Source: Paraphysomonas bandaiensis (taxonomy: Eukaryota; Protista; Chrysophyceae). From it: a DNA stretch of 31,864 bases. The position numbers and the translations under genes are program-made. The notes under the pieces were generated by a model that saw only the letters and a program-made list of their open reading frames with translations, made no database searches and was not told where the DNA came from. Positions 27,301 through 31,864 of this stretch are shown one piece after another (the stretch's first letter is position 1; every line of letters begins with the position of its first letter). The stretch lies in assembly GCA_965644295.1 (NCBI GenBank), contig CBFFRP010000589.1, forward strand, positions 1 through 31,864, given 5' to 3'.

Positions 27301-30300
27301 ATACGTCATCCTGTCATTTAACCTCACAGTGAAGTAAGTAGAATACGATACAGTGCCATGTGGTCATTTGAGGTCACAATGAAGTAAGTATAGTACGATG
27401 CAGTGTGCTGTGTATTATTGATGGCAATATATATCCAGCAATATATAAGAGGAGCCTCTGATACATAGTCCGTATGATCCTGAGGCATGAGTGTATAACT
27501 AGAGTGAAGAGCATTGTGTTTACGCTGAGAGTGTAAGGTGTGTATGTGTGTGTTGTGTTGCTTTATTATTGATTGATGAGGTGTGAATGATGGTATGATG
27601 TCCCCATAGTGAGATGATCATATGTGGAGGTGCTAACTGTAGTTTACAGTACGGAACTACTGCAGCATCCCTGAACATATATTATATATATGATATACCA
27701 TTCATCCTGTCATTTGAGGTCACAATGAAGTAAGTATAGTACGATGCAGTGTGCTGTGTATTATTAATGGCATTATATATCCAGCAATATATAAGAGGAG
27801 TCTCTGATACATAGTCCGTATGATCCTGAGGCATGAGTGTATAACTAGAGTGAAGAGCATTGTGTTTACGCTGAGAGTGTAAGGTGTGTATGTGTGTATT
27901 GTGTTGCTTTATTATTGATTGATGAGGTGTGAATGATGGTATGATGTCCCCATAGTGAGATGGTCATATGTGGAGGTGCTAACTGTAGCTTACAGTACGG
28001 AACTACTGCAGCATCCCTGAACATATATTATATATATGATATACCGTTACTTTATTTGCAGCAGGGTTGTGAGTGTCAACTACAGCAGGATCATCAAGGT
28101 TCTCCACTGGGTCTTGCCCACCGTGTTTCCGCTTCTTTGGTAATGTGGTGTCTACAGAAATTTTTGCGAACAAGAGTTTAGCTGTTTGTACTGCCATTGG
28201 AAGTTTCAGTTTGAGAACATCTTTGGCTAGTCCAGTATGTTTCCTTGCCACTCCAGTCTCATCGACATCAAGAGCCACTTCACGTAACCCCTCAATGTCA
28301 TTGATGAGTCTGGTCATAGTTCGGCAGCGGCTCAAATAGTCTCTCATTGAAGAATTTAGAATATTTCGTTCCTGCTGACCTTGCACTACCAAGCACAAGT
28401 CTTCCATCACGATGATAGTAATTCAATTGAAATGTGAAATAGCTCAAATTGCTTAATACTGATACTGTGTTAACCGCTATAGTTATGGACACTTTTAGAC
28501 ATCAAGCTATGGCGATAACAGCACTAGCCTATAAATACACTGTACTACACAATACTGAGCTGTATAATACGGTACTGAACTGTATAATAGAATACTGATC
28601 TGTATAATAGAATAATGTAGATTGTGGTTTACAATTAGCACGATTTCGACCGTTTACTAAAACTCGTACTTTTATGCTACTCAGCCGTTACAAAATATGG
28701 CTGTGTGCTATTGTGATAACATGTTTTTTGATGTTTCGTTTATGGTTCATATGAAAATCCACGTACAATTCGACTGTTGTTTCTGTATAGGGGAAATATG
28801 CTACTTTTAAATCACTGTAGGATTGTATAGGAGCAATACATATAGGATTGTACAGTATAGCAGTAGTGTATGGGATTGTACAGTGCAGGATGAACCATAT
28901 GTATATATATATAGAATCTAGCTGTTATAGAACCATATCTATATATGAATACGATATACGTCATCCTGTCATTTAACCTCACAGTGAAGTAAGTAGAATA
29001 CGATACAGTGCCATGTGGTCATTTGAGGTCACAATGAAGTAAGTATAGTACGATGCAGTGTGCTGTGTATTATTGATGGCAATATATATCCAGCAATATA
29101 TAAGAGGAGCCTCTGATACATAGTCCGTATGATCCTGAGGCATGAGTGTATAACTAGAGTGAAGAGCATTGTGTTTACGCTGAGAGTGTAAGGTGTGTAT
29201 GTGTGTGTTGTGTTGCTTTATTATTGATTGATGAGGTGTGAATGATGGTATGATGTCCCCATAGTGAGATGATCATATGTGGAGGTGCTAACTGTAGTTT
29301 ACAGTACGGAACTACTGCAGCATCCCTGAACATATATTATATATATGATATACCATTCATCCTGTCATTTGAGGTCACAATGAAGTAAGTATAGTACGAT
29401 GCAGTGTGCTGTGTATTATTAATGGCATTATATATCCAGCAATATATAAGAGGAGTCTCTGATACATAGTCCGTATGATCCTGAGGCATGAGTGTATAAC
29501 TAGAGTGAAGAGCATTGTGTTTACGCTGAGAGTGTAAGGTGTGTATGTGTGTATTGTGTTGCTTTATTATTGATTGATGAGGTGTGAATGATGGTATGAT
29601 GTCCCCATAGTGAGATGGTCATATGTGGAGGTGCTAACTGTAGCTTACAGTACGGAACTACTGCAGCATCCCTGAACATATATTATATATATGATATACC
29701 GTTACTTTATTTGCAGCAGGGTTGTGAGTGTCAACTACAGCAGGATCATCAAGGTTCTCCACTGGGTCTTGCCCACCGTGTTTCCGCTTCTTTGGTAATG
29801 TGGTGTCTACAGAAATTTTTGCGAACAAGAGTTTAGCTGTTTGTACTGCCATTGGAAGTTTCAGTTTGAGAACATCTTTGGCTAGTCCAGTATGTTTCCT
29901 TGCCACTCCAGTCTCATCGACATCAAGAGCCACTTCACGTAACCCCTCAATGTCATTGATGAGTCTGGTCATAGTTCGGCAGCGGCTCAAATAGTCTCTC
30001 ATTGAAGAATTTAGAATATTTCGTTCCTGCTGACCTTGCACTACCAAGCACAAGTCTTCCATCACGATGATAGTAATTCAATTGAAATGTGAAATAGCTC
30101 AAATTGCTTAATACTGATACTGTGTTAACCGCTATAGTTATGGACACTTTTAGACATCAGCACTAGCCTATAAATACACTGTACTACACAATACTGAGCT
30201 GTATAATACGGTACTGAACTGTATAATAGAATACTGATCTGTATAATAGAATAATGTAGATTGTGGTTTACAATTAGCACGATTTCGACCGTTTACTAAA

Positions 30301-31864
30301 ACTCGTACTTTTATGCTACTCAGCCGTTACAAAATATGGCTGTGTGCTATTGTGATAACATGTTTTTTGATGTTTCGTTTATGGTTCATATGAAAATCCA
30401 CGTACAATTCGACTGTTGTTTCTGTATAGGGGAAATATGCTACTTTTAAATCACTGTAGGATTGTATAGGAGCAATACATATAGGATTGTACAGTATAGC
30501 AGTAGTGTATGGGATTGTACAGTGCAGGATGAACCATATGTATATATATATAGAATCTAGCTGTTATAGAACCATATCTATATATGAATACGATATACGT
30601 CATCCTGTCATTTAACCTCACAGTGAAGTAAGTAGAATACGATACAGTGCCATGTGGTCATTTGAGGTCACAATGAAGTAAGTATAGTACGATGCAGTGT
30701 GCTGTGTATTATTGATGGCAATATATATCCAGCAATATATAAGAGGAGCCTCTGATACATAGTCCGTATGATCCTGAGGCATGAGTGTATAACTAGAGTG
30801 AAGAGCATTGTGTTTACGCTGAGAGTGTAAGGTGTGTATGTGTGTGTTGTGTTGCTTTATTATTGATTGATGAGGTGTGAATGATGGTATGATGTCCCCA
30901 TAGTGAGATGATCATATGTGGAGGTGCTAACTGTAGTTTACAGTACGGAACTACTGCAGCATCCCTGAACATATATTATATATATGATATACCATTCATC
31001 CTGTCATTTGAGGTCACAATGAAGTAAGTATAGTACGATGCAGTGTGCTGTGTATTATTAATGGCATTATATATCCAGCAATATATAAGAGGAGTCTCTG
31101 ATACATAGTCCGTATGATCCTGAGGCATGAGTGTATAACTAGAGTGAAGAGCATTGTGTTTACGCTGAGAGTGTAAGGTGTGTATGTGTGTATTGTGTTG
31201 CTTTATTATTGATTGATGAGGTGTGAATGATGGTATGATGTCCCCATAGTGAGATGGTCATATGTGGAGGTGCTAACTGTAGCTTACAGTACGGAACTAC
31301 TGCAGCATCCCTGAACATATATTATATATATGATATACCGTTACTTTATTTGCAGCAGGGTTGTGAGTGTCAACTACAGCAGGATCATCAAGGTTCTCCA
31401 CTGGGTCTTGCCCACCGTGTTTCCGCTTCTTTGGTAATGTGGTGTCTACAGAAATTTTTGCGAACAAGAGTTTAGCTGTTTGTACTGCCATTGGAAGTTT
31501 CAGTTTGAGAACATCTTTGGCTAGTCCAGTATGTTTCCTTGCCACTCCAGTCTCATCGACATCAAGAGCCACTTCACGTAACCCCTCAATGTCATTGATG
31601 AGTCTGGTCATAGTTCGGCAGCGGCTCAAATAGTCTCTCATTGAAGAATTTAGAATATTTCGTTCCTGCTGACCTTGCACTACCAAGCACAAGTCTTCCA
31701 TCACGATGATAGTAATTCAATTGAAATGTGAAATAGCTCAAATTGCTTAATACTGATACTGTGTTAACCGCTATAGTTATGGACACTTTTAGACATCAAG
31801 CTATGGCGATAACAGCACTAGCCTATAAATACACTGTACTACACAATACTGAGCTGTATAATAC
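21347..31864. repeat. Higher-order tandem array; at least 6 units (2001, 1655, 2001, 1655, 1639 and a truncated 1567 bp)
   Basis: Units start AAAACTCGTACTTTTATG at 21347, 23348, 25003, 27004, 28659 and 30298. They are nearly identical, and each holds 2 or 3 copies of a 346-bp subrepeat. Confidence 0.96.
22692..23099 (-). CDS. 135-aa ORF or gene fragment repeated in every array unit (also 24347, 26348, 28003, 29658, 31297)
   Basis: Protein-like composition in the more GC-rich part of the unit, with an NLS-like PKKRKH. The last ~13 codons run into the 346-bp subrepeat, which suggests truncation or splicing. Confidence 0.45.
   Translation of the reverse strand: MMEDLCLVVQGQQERNILNSSMRDYLSRCRTMTRLINDIEGLREVALDVDETGVARKHTGLAKDVLKLKLPMAVQTAKLLFAKISVDTTLPKKRKHGGQDPVENLDDPAVVDTHNPAANKVTVYHIYNICSGMLQ

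Noticed and set aside
21347-31864. CRISPR array or multi-gene operon in the repeated region
   Set aside because: Repeats are 346-2001 bp with no unique spacers and no cas genes; the repeated ORFs simply follow the DNA repeat.

Overview
Eukaryotic, probably protist or algal, genomic DNA made almost entirely of nested mobile elements. (1) An AT-rich endogenous Polinton-like virus/virophage-like element (PLV; ~1-16567, all genes on the minus strand) encodes an SF3/D5-like helicase, a major capsid protein (MCP), a basic His/Lys-rich protein, a minor capsid (penton) protein and several small ORFs sharing an AT-rich upstream motif. (2) The MCP gene is split by an 8.9-kb Ty3/Gypsy LTR retrotransposon (2028-10942, CCTG target-site duplication). 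Removing it restores an in-frame 451-aa MCP. This retrotransposon is the most unusual object here. Its LTRs encode an antisense SET-domain (lysine methyltransferase-like) protein, its integrase carries a chromodomain-like module, its Gag has a CCCH finger, its RT active site reads IFDN instead of YxDD, and it has no recognisable tRNA PBS. (3) A Ty1/Copia-type element begins at ~16568. It is interrupted by a 1.64-kb TIR element (18546-20186, TAA TSD) and truncated at ~20943. (4) A higher-order tandem array follows (1655/2001-bp units with 346-bp subrepeats; 21347 to the window end). All family assignments come from motif recognition by eye; no database search was run.
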